Shown here: piece after piece, positions 1 to 22,081 of the stretch
Position numbering within the stretch: the first letter of the stretch is position 1
Layout of the letters: every line of letters starts with the position of its first letter
Assembly (NCBI GenBank): GCA_963693365.1
Contig: CAVNZM010000004.1
Location: 8,531,093-8,595,092 of the forward strand
DNA: 64,000 bases
Direction of reading: 5' to 3'
DNA from: Amoebidium appalachense
Lineage: Eukaryota; Protista; Ichthyosporea
The notes under the pieces: model-generated
Seen by the model: only the letters and a program-made list of their open reading frames with translations
The model's database searches: none
What the model was told of the DNA's origin: nothing
Translations under genes and position numbers: made by a program

Positions 1-59
1 AGTTTTTGTATGCTTGTCTTAATAAACGTTTACCATTTACTTATCACATTAATTTCCAG

Positions 60-915
60 GATCGAGGCCTTCGGAATCCAGGAGTATGTGCTAGACTGCT
101 ATGTAGTGTCGTTTGCATCGCTGATGATCACAAACATTCGCGGAATCATGCAAAGAATGGGCACACCTACTTGCACACAGGTAATGCCCCCCTCTCCCCC
201 TCCCCCATCCCCCTCCCCCGGCCCCACCACCACCACAACAACCACCACACCCCGACACACAAACGCGCATACACACACACAAGCACACCACCACACCCCA
301 ACATGCTCACTCACTCACACACACGCACAACACATAACAGACACGAACAACCCCCCCTCCCCCCCCCCCCCCCCCCCCCCCCACACACACGCATACACAC
401 GCAGACACACACGCACACACACACAACACACACCAAAACATTGCTTACCCCTCCCACGCTCCCCCTGCTCCCTCCCCTCCCCCTCCCCCTCCCCCCTAAC
501 CCTCTACTACTCCCCCCCCCCCCCCCCTACCCATCTACCACAACAGCTAATATTGCTATCGACGTCATCACCAACCCAACCACTGTCCCCACCGGCCCAC
601 TAATCCCCAGGCACACATCCACCTACCCACTTACCCCCCGTCCCTCCCTCCCCCCCCTCCCCCCCCCCCCCTCCCCCTCCCCTCCCTTCCCCCCCCCGCC
701 TCCCAACCCAACACACACGCACACCATTCCCCACTCCTACTGCCACACGCGGGCGCGCACGAGCGCGCGCGAGCACACACAAACACACACACACACACTT
801 ACTGACACAAACACACATGTACAGTGCATGTATTTCCCGGCTGCAGTTGTTCCCAGCTTGCCACAATACATTCTCGACACGAAGGGACCCAAAAAGTTCG
901 TACCTTACGACTTGG

Positions 916-954
<39 letters not shown>

Positions 955-1257
955 CCCCCTCCCCGCCTCTCCCCTTCTCGCCATCCTCCCCCATCCCCCT
1001 CCCCCTCCCCACCCCCCCCTTCTTTTGGAGACAAACTCAACATTATAAGAGTTGGTGACAGGCAAATAGCCAAATAGGCTCAAGGCACGCTACATGAAAG
1101 CCTCGAAAATCAAAAACCCAACAACCATACGAAGAATGCACATAAAGGACCCTGGCTGTGGTTGCACACGTTCTTTCAAGCCTTTGCTGCAATCAATTCC
1201 TGTCAGTGGTGATTTTCAAAGTTGGGGTTCTGGTTTTGCTGAATATGAATGCAACCC

Positions 1258-1288
<31 letters not shown>

Positions 1289-1585
1289 AAACAAACAAAC
1301 AAACAAACAATAGTAATAACAACAATAATAATCATTAGTAATAGATTAGAATAGAATAGAATAATTATAAGAAAAGAAAGTAGAATATAGCGATTATTTA
1401 TTATTATTATTTTTTAATTCTTGCAGGCAATTGGTGGGTGGCTCAACATCACCAAGTCCGAAAACGAGAAGCCCAAGCCCTGGTTCAGTCTGCGGCAGTC
1501 CATAGTCGACCACATGGGCACAAAGACGACGGGATTGGCCGGGCCCAACGTAAAAATGCACCACGCACGTAATTTCGTCCCATAA
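60..1585 (+). CDS. 3' part (last 3 exons: 60-180, 825-914, 1427-1585) of a GT-A-fold glycosyltransferase, PGAP4/TMEM246-like; 5' end lies outside the window
   Basis: GT-AG boundaries join in phase to give ...MGTPTCTQ|CMYFPAAVVPSLPQYIL...PYDL|AIGGWL...QSIVDHMGTKTT...FVP*. This recalls the PGAP4 C-terminal pattern CCTPAMLFP...KD.AL...PNLVKHIG..SS. The exon chain is solid; the family call is tentative. Confidence 0.55.
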
Positions 1586-2192
1586 TCTAAGGAATTCAGG
1601 TTGGCCTTCCTAAATGCTCGTGCAATAATGGTGGACAACCATGCCATTTTCAGTGCCACGGGTGGTGTTTGGATATGCTACGGTCGAAAATTTAGTGGTT
1701 AATAGAGAACTTTCGATTCTATGCACGATTTATGTATGCGGCCAAGAATCGTGAATTGTGATTGACTCTACGGGTATAGGTTTATGTTGTAGGCGCCAAA
1801 AAGGGAGGAGATAAAGTCTCCCGTACTCTATTATGCTACATGTAACTGCATATGTTTTATGAACGTGACGTTGAATGTTTCTGTGTGCGTACACTTGTAT
1901 CTGTATCCCTATTGTTATAACTGTTCTCTATTGTTATAACTGTAGTACCCTCTTTGTTCTCTTTGGCTATCGTGACACTGTATATTTCTCTTGTTGAAAA
2001 ACTGTAATTCCTTTCCGATTTGAGTTTAGTATTTCTGTGTTGTCTGTCTTATAAGAGCCATGGGCGTGACTTGCGCGTATGCTCGTTATGGTAATTCGAA
2101 TGTCTAGTGGAAAAATAGTCTGGAGTTTGTATACGTAGATGGTTAACTTTGGATTCCGTAGATATGCGGTATTGTTTACACACACACACACA

Positions 2193-2313
<121 letters not shown>

Positions 2314-2726
2314 GCACACACACACACATGAACACATGCACAAATTTGACACTAAAAACTCGAAACGAGCACACCATACATGCTCGACATCCACAGTGAC
2401 ACCCACTGCAAACACAAACACGTGTATGTGCACAAAGACAGAGCTCACACACACCACAACCGCATCATCATTATAAACTAGAAATACACACCCATGGCAC
2501 ACACACATCTTGTATACGCAATCGATTGCCGCTACTAATATAGAATATCGGAGTATGTGTATTGCACATACACTGTTAGCATAGGACTTTTGAGTCCTTG
2601 CCCATTAAAAAAAAAAATTTAAAAATTATACGAAAGTTAAACCTCTGTCCGCACATCAGGAGTAGCTAACCAGCAACCAATATGGGGTGGGAGCCTCGGC
2701 ACTTTCCCAAAGGATTACATAGAAAT

Positions 2727-2758
<32 letters not shown>

Positions 2759-3149
2759 TTCCCCCTCACCACCAATGCGCGCCAAAAAACAATTGGAAAG
2801 AACCCCCCCCCCCCCCCCCCCCACCACCACCACCAATGCGCGCCAAAAAACAATTGGAAGGAAAAACCACGCATGAACACTTATACAACACGGCCGCGCA
2901 AATGCGGCGTGTGCCCACACGCACGCATGTCAAACACATGCACGCTGGTCCAACACACCAAATGAAAAAGCTGGCAACAAAGACGATCAGCGGATTCACA
3001 CATAAGCAATTTTCTCATTCCTATTGCAACTAAAATGGCAGACAGCATCCAATGTGTTAGAGCCCCGCAGGGGTGGGTGGGTGGGCGGGCAGGCGGGTGG
3101 ATGGGTGGGTGGGTGGTGGTGCCATGGTGGTGGTGGTGGTGGTTTTTTT

Positions 3150-3215
<66 letters not shown>

Positions 3216-4031
3216 TCGTGTCAATTGCGACATGAGACAACTTGTTCACATGCAAAATAACTCTAAGTGAATTGCAATAAAGTGAGTTAGAGTGATAGAT
3301 AGCAACGTGGATTGAGTGTATTCATGTGGCAATGCGGCAACACATAGTGGCCATTCAGACGGAGGCTTATATTTAAATGTAGCAGTAGATATTCAGTAGA
3401 TACTCATGCCGGAGATATACCAGATATCTCAGTGATTATGGAGACAAAGGGGTGCTCCAAGTAAAAATCATACTAGGGGTAAGTGTAGGTGGCCTAATCA
3501 GGTTGAAAACCACATGCAAAACAACAGGTTTCTGTGAGGTCTTGGAGTTCTATCTCACAACGAGATAACCCTAAAAAAAAATGGGTGATATGATGGATTT
3601 GAGGCTAGTGTGCAGATATTCCTCTACATAGTACAAAGGCGAAACAGACTGTGTGTGTATGCACAGGACCAATGTGTGTGTTGCGCCAATAAGTTGAAAT
3701 GTGCATGAATGAGTCTGAGCCAAGGAATAACTTCTGCATGTGCCTAGGACATATTTCTTGTGCAAGTTGTGTATCCACGTGCGCACATACGCGTGCTCAG
3801 GCGCATGCCATGTCTGCCGGTGTATATGTGTTTATGCGTGTACGTGTGTACGTGTACGCGTACGTGTGTGTGTGCGCGCATATGCATGCGTGAATAAAAG
3901 TGGAGCACACGAGAGTGCCTTTAGGTGCCCACCGTGTGTGTACGTACGTGTATGTGTGTGTGTGTGCCTTATGTTTTGCACGTGTTTTACATGCACAAAT
4001 GCACGTGTTTTGCGACTTTTGGCTTTGATGT

Positions 4032-14016
<9,985 letters not shown>

Positions 14017-15077
14017 TTCTTCATTTTCAGACAAGTGCTTGTCTGTACAGGGTAGAAGGACGGTGTGTGAGGAAGTGATGTGTAGGGTAAGGAGGGTTGT
14101 GGTGCATGTGTACGTAGTGTTTTTTTTTTTTTTTTTTTTTTGTGTGTGGGGGGGAGGGGGGGTGAAGGGGGTGCCACGAGCCAAAAACAGGAAGAATGGT
14201 AGGTGGTGACAGCGACAACATGTAAGGGGGAAGCACAGGGGAAGGGAAGGGGAGAAAGTAAGTTCTGCACATTGTTAATGTTCAGTTTACAAAGAGTTAT
14301 GAGGGTAAGTGACATGTCTGCAGTCGCAACAGGAAAGGGGAGAGTGCGTAGCAGTGAAATTCTGTAAATGAATGTGCTCAAGATCACCGACCCTCCCAAC
14401 TCCTCCTCGTCCAGGCAAAGCTCCTCCCCCCTCCCCCTTAAGTTTCAGAAGAGCACGTAGAGAGGAATCAATAACTCTTCTTGACGCAGACGCACGAAAA
14501 CAAAAAGGGAAGTGTAGATCTGCCCAAAAGCGCACACAGTATTAGCCCATGAAGAGATTTCAGGAACATCTAAACCCACACCAGCTTTCGTAATGATGAT
14601 GCACCCACAAGTACACGGATGTCTCCTGGAAGTTCAGTTAGAATACCCGTGACAAGGCACAGAGACACACAATGCAAAAACACACATAACAGTCCCTTCT
14701 TCTTCATCTGCTCAAATAGTATAAAGTGGAGAGGGCTCGTGGGTCCAAAAACTGGCATCTCAGCTCAAGCTCAAGAGATGCATTAGTTTTGTTTTTGGAA
14801 ACCACAGTGGAAAAAATCCTTACCTTCCTGCCTGGCACCCATCTTGCTTGTACTGTGGTTTGGTTGATGGCTCGCAGTTACGGTTGTGCTTTCTTGAGCT
14901 ATCCAGGTGTGCTTAATGTAACAGAACTTAACCACTAGTCTTTCAACAGAGTGTATAATTTATTTTTGTTGCTTTATACACTCACAGCTGTGCTATAAGA
15001 GCCTTTTACTCCTCTACAAACCGAGTTCGTTTCGTTTTCGAAGCAGCTGAGCTTTTCAGTGTGTGCCGACATTCGAC

Positions 15078-15156
15078 TGACGTATGTACTCCGAGGCCAG
15101 CCGGATGCCTATTGGCTAACTTTCCCGCCATTTTCCCTCACAACTTTCGAGCCAAT
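15078..15156. promoter_or_regulatory. Candidate bidirectional promoter core: E2F site flanked by two CCAAT boxes, plus a CRE-like site
   Basis: TGACGTA 15078-15084, ATTGG 15111-15115, TTTCCCGCCA 15121-15130 and CCAAT 15152-15156. The cluster lies in a CpG-rich, microsatellite-free stretch between the divergent RBBP4 and SpoVS-domain genes. Confidence 0.55.
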
Positions 15157-15371
15157 GTTGCGCTTCGGGTCGGACATGAACCTCTCAACAAAATCTCGAA
15201 CCGGCCCGACCCGCTCGTCCAAAAAAAATGGAGGCGCCTTGAGAAAAATCCGCTCTTGCAATTGCTGGGTTGTCAGCTTGTTTCTCGCTCTCTCTCTCCC
15301 TTTCTCTCTCCCTCTCTCTGCAGATAGGGTTTTGATAACAGTAGCAACTTTCACCAAAGTGAGCAGGCACA

Positions 15372-16905
15372 ATGTCCGAGACTGCGCCAGCACCCACACC
15401 CGCCGAGCCCACCGGCGCCGCACCCGCCAACCGGGGGCGCGGACGCGGCCGTGGAAGGGGAGGCCCAAGAAACGACCGCCCACCCAGACACAGCGAGGGA
15501 GGTTCAGATCAGGAAGAGCATCACGAGGGGGAGGGTGAGACACACGAGGGAGATGAGGGAAGGAACAGGGGCAGGGGCAGGGGCAGGGGCAGGGGCGGTG
15601 AGCGTGGGAGGGGTGGCAGGAGAAGGAGTGAGGAGCCAAGGGAGGGGGGAGAGAGGCAGGGTCCAGTCGAGCCACCTATGAATGCACGTATGTATCCTCG
15701 TCCTCCCCCCCTCTCCCCTCCCCCCCCTCCCCCTCCCCCCCTCCCCCCCCCCCCACCCCCCTCCCCCCACCGCCACTTCCTTTGTGTAGATGTCAACCTT
15801 AGTAAGCAAGGTGTCACTGTTTTATTAGGAGTGACCAACCGGTTTGATTTGCTTGTCATGTTGCACCCTGAAGCAGACCACTTTCCGATCTTGCCCCTGA
15901 GTGTGTTTTAGCTCATGTTTGCCTCGCTTTACTTACATTGACTATGTTCGAGCTGGACCTTAACCTTTACGAGCTTGCTTGGATATTAGATCCTCGCACC
16001 GTTTGTGTTGTAAACATAATAGCTGATGGACAGGATCTGCCATAAGATCCCTGTTACGCTTTCTGCGGCTCTTGCACTTTTTTGATTTACGCATTCTCTC
16101 TATGCATACACTTTCCATGTTGTTGGTTGTCTTTTTAGTGGGAATCCTTTTTGGCTCTTCTTGTTGGGAGTTGGTGAGGGGTTTGCTCTTTTTTGCTAGG
16201 GGGATGAGGAGAGGGAGAGAGTGTGCTTGAGAGAGATTGGGAGAGTGTGTGTGGGGGGGGGGAGGGGGAGGCGGGTGGGGGGTGTGGGGGGAGGCAGACG
16301 AACGATCCCAGCACACAGGCACACACTCGTGCACACACACGACACACACACACACACACAAACACACACAGAGAGGGGGGGGGGGGGGCGGAAGGGAGGG
16401 AGGGAGGGGGGGGGGGGAGGGGGGAGAGAGAAAGAGAGAGAGAAAGAATGGAATGATAAAGTTCTGGAAGAGATGGAGGGTGGACTGGTGGGACAGATTG
16501 GCATGTCTGTGTTGATAAGTTGGGGAGAGTGGAGACTAGGGCTGTAGCGAAAAAGTTCTCTTCGCACGTGACTGATACGCCTCCGAACATAATACTTAGC
16601 TTTTCCTATCTCTATTTGTGTCAAGTTATTTGTTTATCTATTGGGGGAGAGGGGGTGGGCTGGGGGATGGAGGGCGGGGAGGGGGTTGTGGGATGACTGG
16701 AAGGGGATTTTTCGGAATGGGATGTTTGAAAGGTTGACCACCCAGAGAGGCTTAGTACTGTTTTCCACGGGGTTACTAGGTGGTTAGCTGTGGTGGTGGT
16801 GGTGGTGGTGGTGTGTGTGTGTGTGTGTGTGTGCATGTGTGCGTGATTCTTTTCTTTCTTTCTTTTTTCCCCCTTTCTTCTTCTTCTTCTTCTTCTTCTT
16901 CTTTT

Positions 16906-16936
<31 letters not shown>

Positions 16937-17699
16937 GGGGCATGACAGTGAAATATGTGAATAAACGGTGTTTGGGGGGAGGGGGGGAGAGTGGTGGTGG
17001 GGGGGTTCGTTGAATAAAGAGAGCTGGTTGTTTGCACAACCTATGCAGGTTGTGTTTATACTATGCTTCTAGGTGCTGAGTGAGGGATCGGTCGGTCAGT
17101 GGGCGGGATGGAAAGCTACATGTGTGCATCAGACCGTGCCTTTTGTTCTTATTGGTTCTTTCAGATATCTCTCTCTTCCCCCCCCCCCCCCCTCTTTCTC
17201 TCAAACTCGGGTACTGTGGATGACGTGGGCCCCCCCTGAGGATGGGCTCTGCTTATTATGCATACTCTTTATGTATGGCTTGCATTCTGCATCGTGTTAT
17301 CCGTTTGTTCTTGTGTACTTCGTACTTTTTGACGCATTCAAGACCCCCCCCCCCCCCTCTCTCTCTCTCCCCCCCCCCCCCCCCCCCTGTCCCCCTTCAC
17401 TCCCCGCCTCCCCTTTCTCCATCTTGCCCCCCATCCCCCCCCCCCTCCCCCCCCCCCCCCCCCCCCCCCCCCCCTTCGTTGTAGCTCTTTCTCCCTCTTT
17501 GCCTCGGAGAAGGGGGGGGGGGGGTGATGAGCCTTATTCTTTGAAAGTAAATTGGGGGAGGAAATGGGCCGGAAGCTGGTTGTGTGAAGGCATTGGGATC
17601 TCTATGTGCAAAGAGTGCTCATGGAAGGAGGGAGGAATAGGTGTGTGTGTGTGTGTGTGTGTGAGGTGGGGGCTGGAAGTCGGGGAGAGGGGGGAGGGG

Positions 17700-17730
<31 letters not shown>

Positions 17731-20700
17731 GGAGAGCAGGGATTTAAACGGGAATGCTTCTTATTTATTTATTAATTTATTTATTTGTTCTTTTGTTTTG
17801 GGGAGGGGGGGGGGGGGGGGGGGGGGGGCTCTATATTGTGCAGGGAGGGACACTTAAAGAACACTGTTTGCACAGAGGGAGTGCGTGAGCTGCGTGTGTC
17901 TTCACAGAGCAACCCCAAGAGCGTAGCGGGTGCGGTGGCCAAGAGTGTGCGTGAGGCCAACTACCCGGAGATTAGGGCCGTGGGTGAGCTGAGCGTCAAC
18001 CAGGCTGTCAAGGCCGTGGCCATTGCACGGTCATATCTGAGTGATGACAACCTGGACATCTGCTTCCAGGTGTGTGTGTACGTGTGTGTGTGTGTGTGTG
18101 TATGTGTGTGTGGGTGTGTACGTGTGTGTGTCGGTGTGTGGATGTGTTTGTGGGGGGGGGGGGGGGGGGGGGGGGCAAGGTGGGTAGGGGGGGGGAGGGG
18201 GGAGGGAGGGGGTGGATAGGAGGGGATGGGGAGGGGAGGGTGCTCTGTGTGTGTGTGGGGAGGGGGGAGGGGGAGGTGTGGGTGGGTGTGGGTGTGCTGG
18301 GTGGCGGGGAGGGGGGGGGGGGAGTGGGAGCAGGTGTGTATGTGTGGGTGGGTATTGCCTGTGGCTGTGTGTTTGTGCAGGGGAGGGGGGGTGGGTGAGG
18401 GGGTTGGCAATGGGGGGGGGGAGGGGGGAGGGTGTGGGTGTGGGTGTCTTTTTTTTGGGGGGGGGGGGGGGGGAGGGGGGCGGGGGGAGACGACCTGTGT
18501 GTGCGCTTGTGTGCTGAGGTGGGGGCGGGGGGAGGGGGGGGGTGGGGGGGGGCTATAAGGGGATTGTGTGTGTGCCTGTGTGTGTGTTGGGCTGGGGGTG
18601 GGGGGTGTGGGGGGGGAGGGAATGAGGGTGGGCAAGTAGTGGAGGTGCGGGCTCGGCGGGAAATGGAAGGAGGTGGGATGGGAAGTTGGGGGTTAGGATT
18701 TGAATCAGTTGGTTGTCTTCTAAGCTGATGGTTAGGTGAGTGGGATTTAGACGATTATCAAGGAAAATTTCTTTTTTTGGGGGGGGGGGGGGGGGGGGGA
18801 GTTGGGCTAAGAAGAAGGTGCCATTGCGGACACCGTATTATGGATTCACATGTTCAGTCTCTGATTGCCGCTACTTCATGATGGTGTTGTTGGTGGTAGT
18901 GGGTGGTGGTATTGATGCACTTGGCAGGTATGGGTGTATTGTGTGTGTGTGCGTGCGCGCGCGTGTGTTTTGGACCCGGGGAAAAAGGGCACGTTCAAGT
19001 GTATATGTTTATGTAAGTGTGTGGGACGTGTCTACAGGTCCACCCGGCACGTTACGTTTCAGGCTGTGCATGGTCTGTGGTCTGTCTGTGTCTTGCTTCT
19101 CACATGTAACACAAACACCCCAATATTGCATTTATCATTGGTTGAAGTGCCTTGCATTTTACATCTACCACCCAAAGTCCTTAGGCATCAATAACACCTT
19201 CCACCAACACTACCCTTACCCTTCTTGTCCTTTTTTCCTTTCGTCCCCACCCTTAATCTTATCCATGGTGTAACCTAAAACCCTAACACTAAAACACTAA
19301 CCAACCATTTTCCAATCTCCATCGCCCAATTACAGCCTGAGCTGCGGGACCAAGACCAGTTTGAGTTTGCCGTGGGGCTGATCACATATGAGGCCCAGAG
19401 GCGCAATGAGGTGCAGAATGCCGCCGTGGCCAAGGTGCAGCAGGAGATTAAGGTGGCGGCTTCAAGCAAGCCCGGGGAGGTTGCTGGCGCTATTGCAAAC
19501 CGCGTGCGCAAGGGTGAAAGGTAGGTGGTTTGATAAGGAATGTATGTGGGTGGGTGGGGTGTTTGGGTGTTTGGGAGCAGGGGGATGGGGATGGGGGAGA
19601 AAGAGGGGGGGGGGGGGGGGGGGGGGGGGATGCAGAAGGATGTAGAAAGTTGTGTGTGTGTGTGGCCGGGGCGCAAACACGTGTGTAATTTTTTTTGTGT
19701 GTTTGTGTGTGTAGAACTTTCTGCAGCGGCGAGGGAGGGGTGGAAGGGGGGAGGGGAAGGTGAGGCCAATAGCTTTCTGCCTGTAAAAGGACAGTTTGTA
19801 GGCACACCACCTCTCTCTCCATGCACGTAGGCACACACTTTTTACAGCACGCCCACACGCACGGCACAACCACGGTACGCGCTCCATTCTAAGCCCCCCC
19901 CCCCCCCCCCCCCCAGGGTGTGTGTGACAGCCATTGGGGCCACCAGTGTGTCTCTGTCCATCCGTGCTATCGCCATGGCACGCCAGTACCTCTACAATGA
20001 CAGGTACAGTCCTTTTTTCCACCCCTCGGTTGTTGGGTTTGGGTTTCTGGTTCGTGTGTTTTTGTGACGGTTTGTGTTTGCTTTTTTATGTGTCCACCTC
20101 CATCCCACCTCTGTGGCAGTCATGCATACTGCCACCTCTACCTTCCGCTCCCCCCCCCCCCCCCCCTCCCCCCCCCCCCCCCCCCCCCCTCCCCTCTCCC
20201 CCTCCTGCCTCCCCGGCATGAGAGAATGGACCTGCCTACGACACGCTCTGTGTTTCCCCTCCCCGCCCCCCCCCCCCCCCCCTTGCACCTGCCCCTCTTT
20301 TTTTTTCCTCCCTCTGCATGGTGTGTTCTTTATATCCGGTAAAGCTTTTTTTGGGGGGGGGGGGGGAAAGGGGGGGGGGGGGGAGGGGGGGGGGGGGGGG
20401 GGGGGGGGGAGGATGTGGAGTGTGAGTGCACCCAAGCTTGTGCTTGGATGTGTGCTGGTGTACATGTGTGTGTGTGTACGCTGCTGCTACATTTGAGTGT
20501 GTGGGCGGTTTGCTGAGGATGGGCACAGCACAAGAGAACAGCATGCTCTTTGGCATCCATACACTATGTACTTGGTCAGGTGGTTTACTCACCTTGTGTT
20601 CCTATGAACCCCTCCCGGTCTCCCCCCCCACCTCCCACCCGCGCTGAGGCAAGCACGTACACGCACACATACACACACACACACACACGCACACACAGCT

Positions 20701-20798
20701 ACGAAATTTTCTGCAAGCCGCAGTTTGATCACGTGGAGGTCGAGAACGGCGAACAGCGCAGCTCAATGAAGCTTTGTCTTCTGTCCGTGCAAATGTAA
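15372..20798 (+). CDS. spoVS: Protein with an RG/RGG-rich disordered N-terminus and two tandem SpoVS (stage V sporulation protein S, Alba-like) domains, about 293-310 aa
   Basis: Exons 15372-15687, [possible microexons 15790-15801 and 17073-17079], 17844 or 17876-18069, 19336-19520, 19917-20003 and 20699-20798 join in frame. Domain 1: ELRVSSQSNPKSVAGAVAKSVRE...EIRAVGELSVNQAVKAVAIARSYL...LDICFQP. Domain 2: EIKVAASSKPGEVAGAIANRVRK...VTAIGATSVSLSIRAIAMARQYL...IFCKPQFDHVEVENGEQRSSMKL. Both match the Bacillus SpoVS pattern LKVSAKS.PNSVAGALA...IQAIGAGALNQAVKAVAIARGF...CIPAF.....GEERTAIKL. Confidence 0.92.
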
Positions 20799-21637
20799 AT
20801 AGTATTACAATATCATCAACCCGCTACCTACCACCTTTTTAGTTATTGTTTATGTTTCTCTTGCTATTTTTGGTCGAAACGGTTGCGCAACCATCATTAT
20901 TATGAAACGATATCAATGTAGCAAATGTTTCAATAGTGACTATTCCTTCCGACCTAACAACCAATAAAAAATAATCTTTCCCTGTCTGATGCTGGAAAGG
21001 GACTTGGGCTGGCGAAATGTGGTATGCTATATGTTGCAAGATGACATATACATGACCTTGTCCACAGTAACGCGTGTTAATAGCCTGTGTCATCATTTAC
21101 GTGGGTATATGGCAGAAGTCTGAGTGCTTGGTGGGCACGTGCATACACACGTGCGGTGTGTACATGTGTGTGGAGGGGGAGGGTACGTGCATGTGAACGT
21201 GGGTGACTTGCAGTGACGCAGCGCACATCGTCAATATATGAAAGTTCATGTATGCATGTTGCACGGTTTCGGATAATCGAATTTGCACTTGTACATGCAG
21301 GCACGGTTTTTTTATTCGTGTGTGCAGACACAGGCATATTCCTACTTTTTTTTGTTTTATAAAAATTCTTTTTAAATTTTTTGGCGCGCAAAAACTTCTC
21401 GCCCAAATTTCTATAATTGGCTAAATCGTGCGATCACGTGAATAATGTTGGTCCATACATATTGTTGCTTGATATGCAATAGTCAGATAGTAATCTACAT
21501 TACGGTATACATGTAGCTACTGCAGCATATAAATACGTGTATGTAGTACTACATAGTAACCGGCTAAAGGAATATACATTTACACCATCTCCTTTCATGA
21601 TTCCAGCGCCCGCGCTTGGCAAAAACAACGGGGGGGG

Positions 21638-21650
21638 AAAAAACGAAAAA
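21638..21650 (-). terminator. RNA polymerase III oligo-T terminator of the tRNA-Pro gene
   Basis: TTTTTCGTTTTTT on the minus strand, 3 nt after the discriminator base. Confidence 0.8.
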
Positions 21651-21653
21651 GAT

Positions 21654-21725
21654 GGGGGCAACCGAGGATTGAACTCGGGACCTCCTGTACCCGAAACAGG
21701 AATCATACCACTAGACCATTGCCCC
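21654..21725 (-). tRNA. tRNA-Pro(CGG): tRNA-Pro (anticodon CGG), 72 nt, intronless
   Basis: The minus strand reads GGGGCAA TG GTCTAGTGGTATGATT CCTGT TT-CGG-GT ACAGG AGGTC CCGAG TTCAATC CTCGG TTGCCCC C. Acceptor, anticodon and T stems are complete, and A- and B-boxes are present. Confidence 0.97.
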
Positions 21726-22036
21726 CGCTTGACTTCTTTGCCACCAATGACAGTATGACGAATATAAATAATTTGCAGGAACCATTAAAAACGCACGTGA
21801 TCGCATACTCCGAGGCTCAGGCGTACGCGGCAAGGGCCGCTGAAAGGTTTGAGACGCTACCGTGACCGTTAGCTGTGAGTAGGAAAGCGTCGATGGAAGG
21901 ACCTCCAACACTGGTGTGGATGAAGGGGGAAGGAAGGAGCAGCACGGCCCGGGCGGGAGGGGGGGCGGGGGCATGTAACCGGGGGGGGAGCTCGAATGGG
22001 GAGGGGATCCGGATCCCGGATCCGGGGGGACGGGGG

Positions 22037-22081
<45 letters not shown>

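Noticed and set aside
547-610. Possible extra exon (ANIAIDVITNPTTVPTGPLIP) in the first gene
   Set aside because: No good GT donor, and exons 60-180 and 825-914 already join in phase to form the conserved CTQCMYFP motif.
19275-19305. CTAAAACCCTAACACTAAAACACTAACC, telomere-like
   Set aside because: Only one true CCCTAA unit; better explained as branch-point-like CTAAC motifs before the acceptor at 19335.
21336-21345. ATATTCCTA matches the U17/snR30 m1 motif
   Set aside because: No partner AAACCAT motif, hairpin or ACA box; it is followed by oligo-T and recurs as a dispersed repeat.
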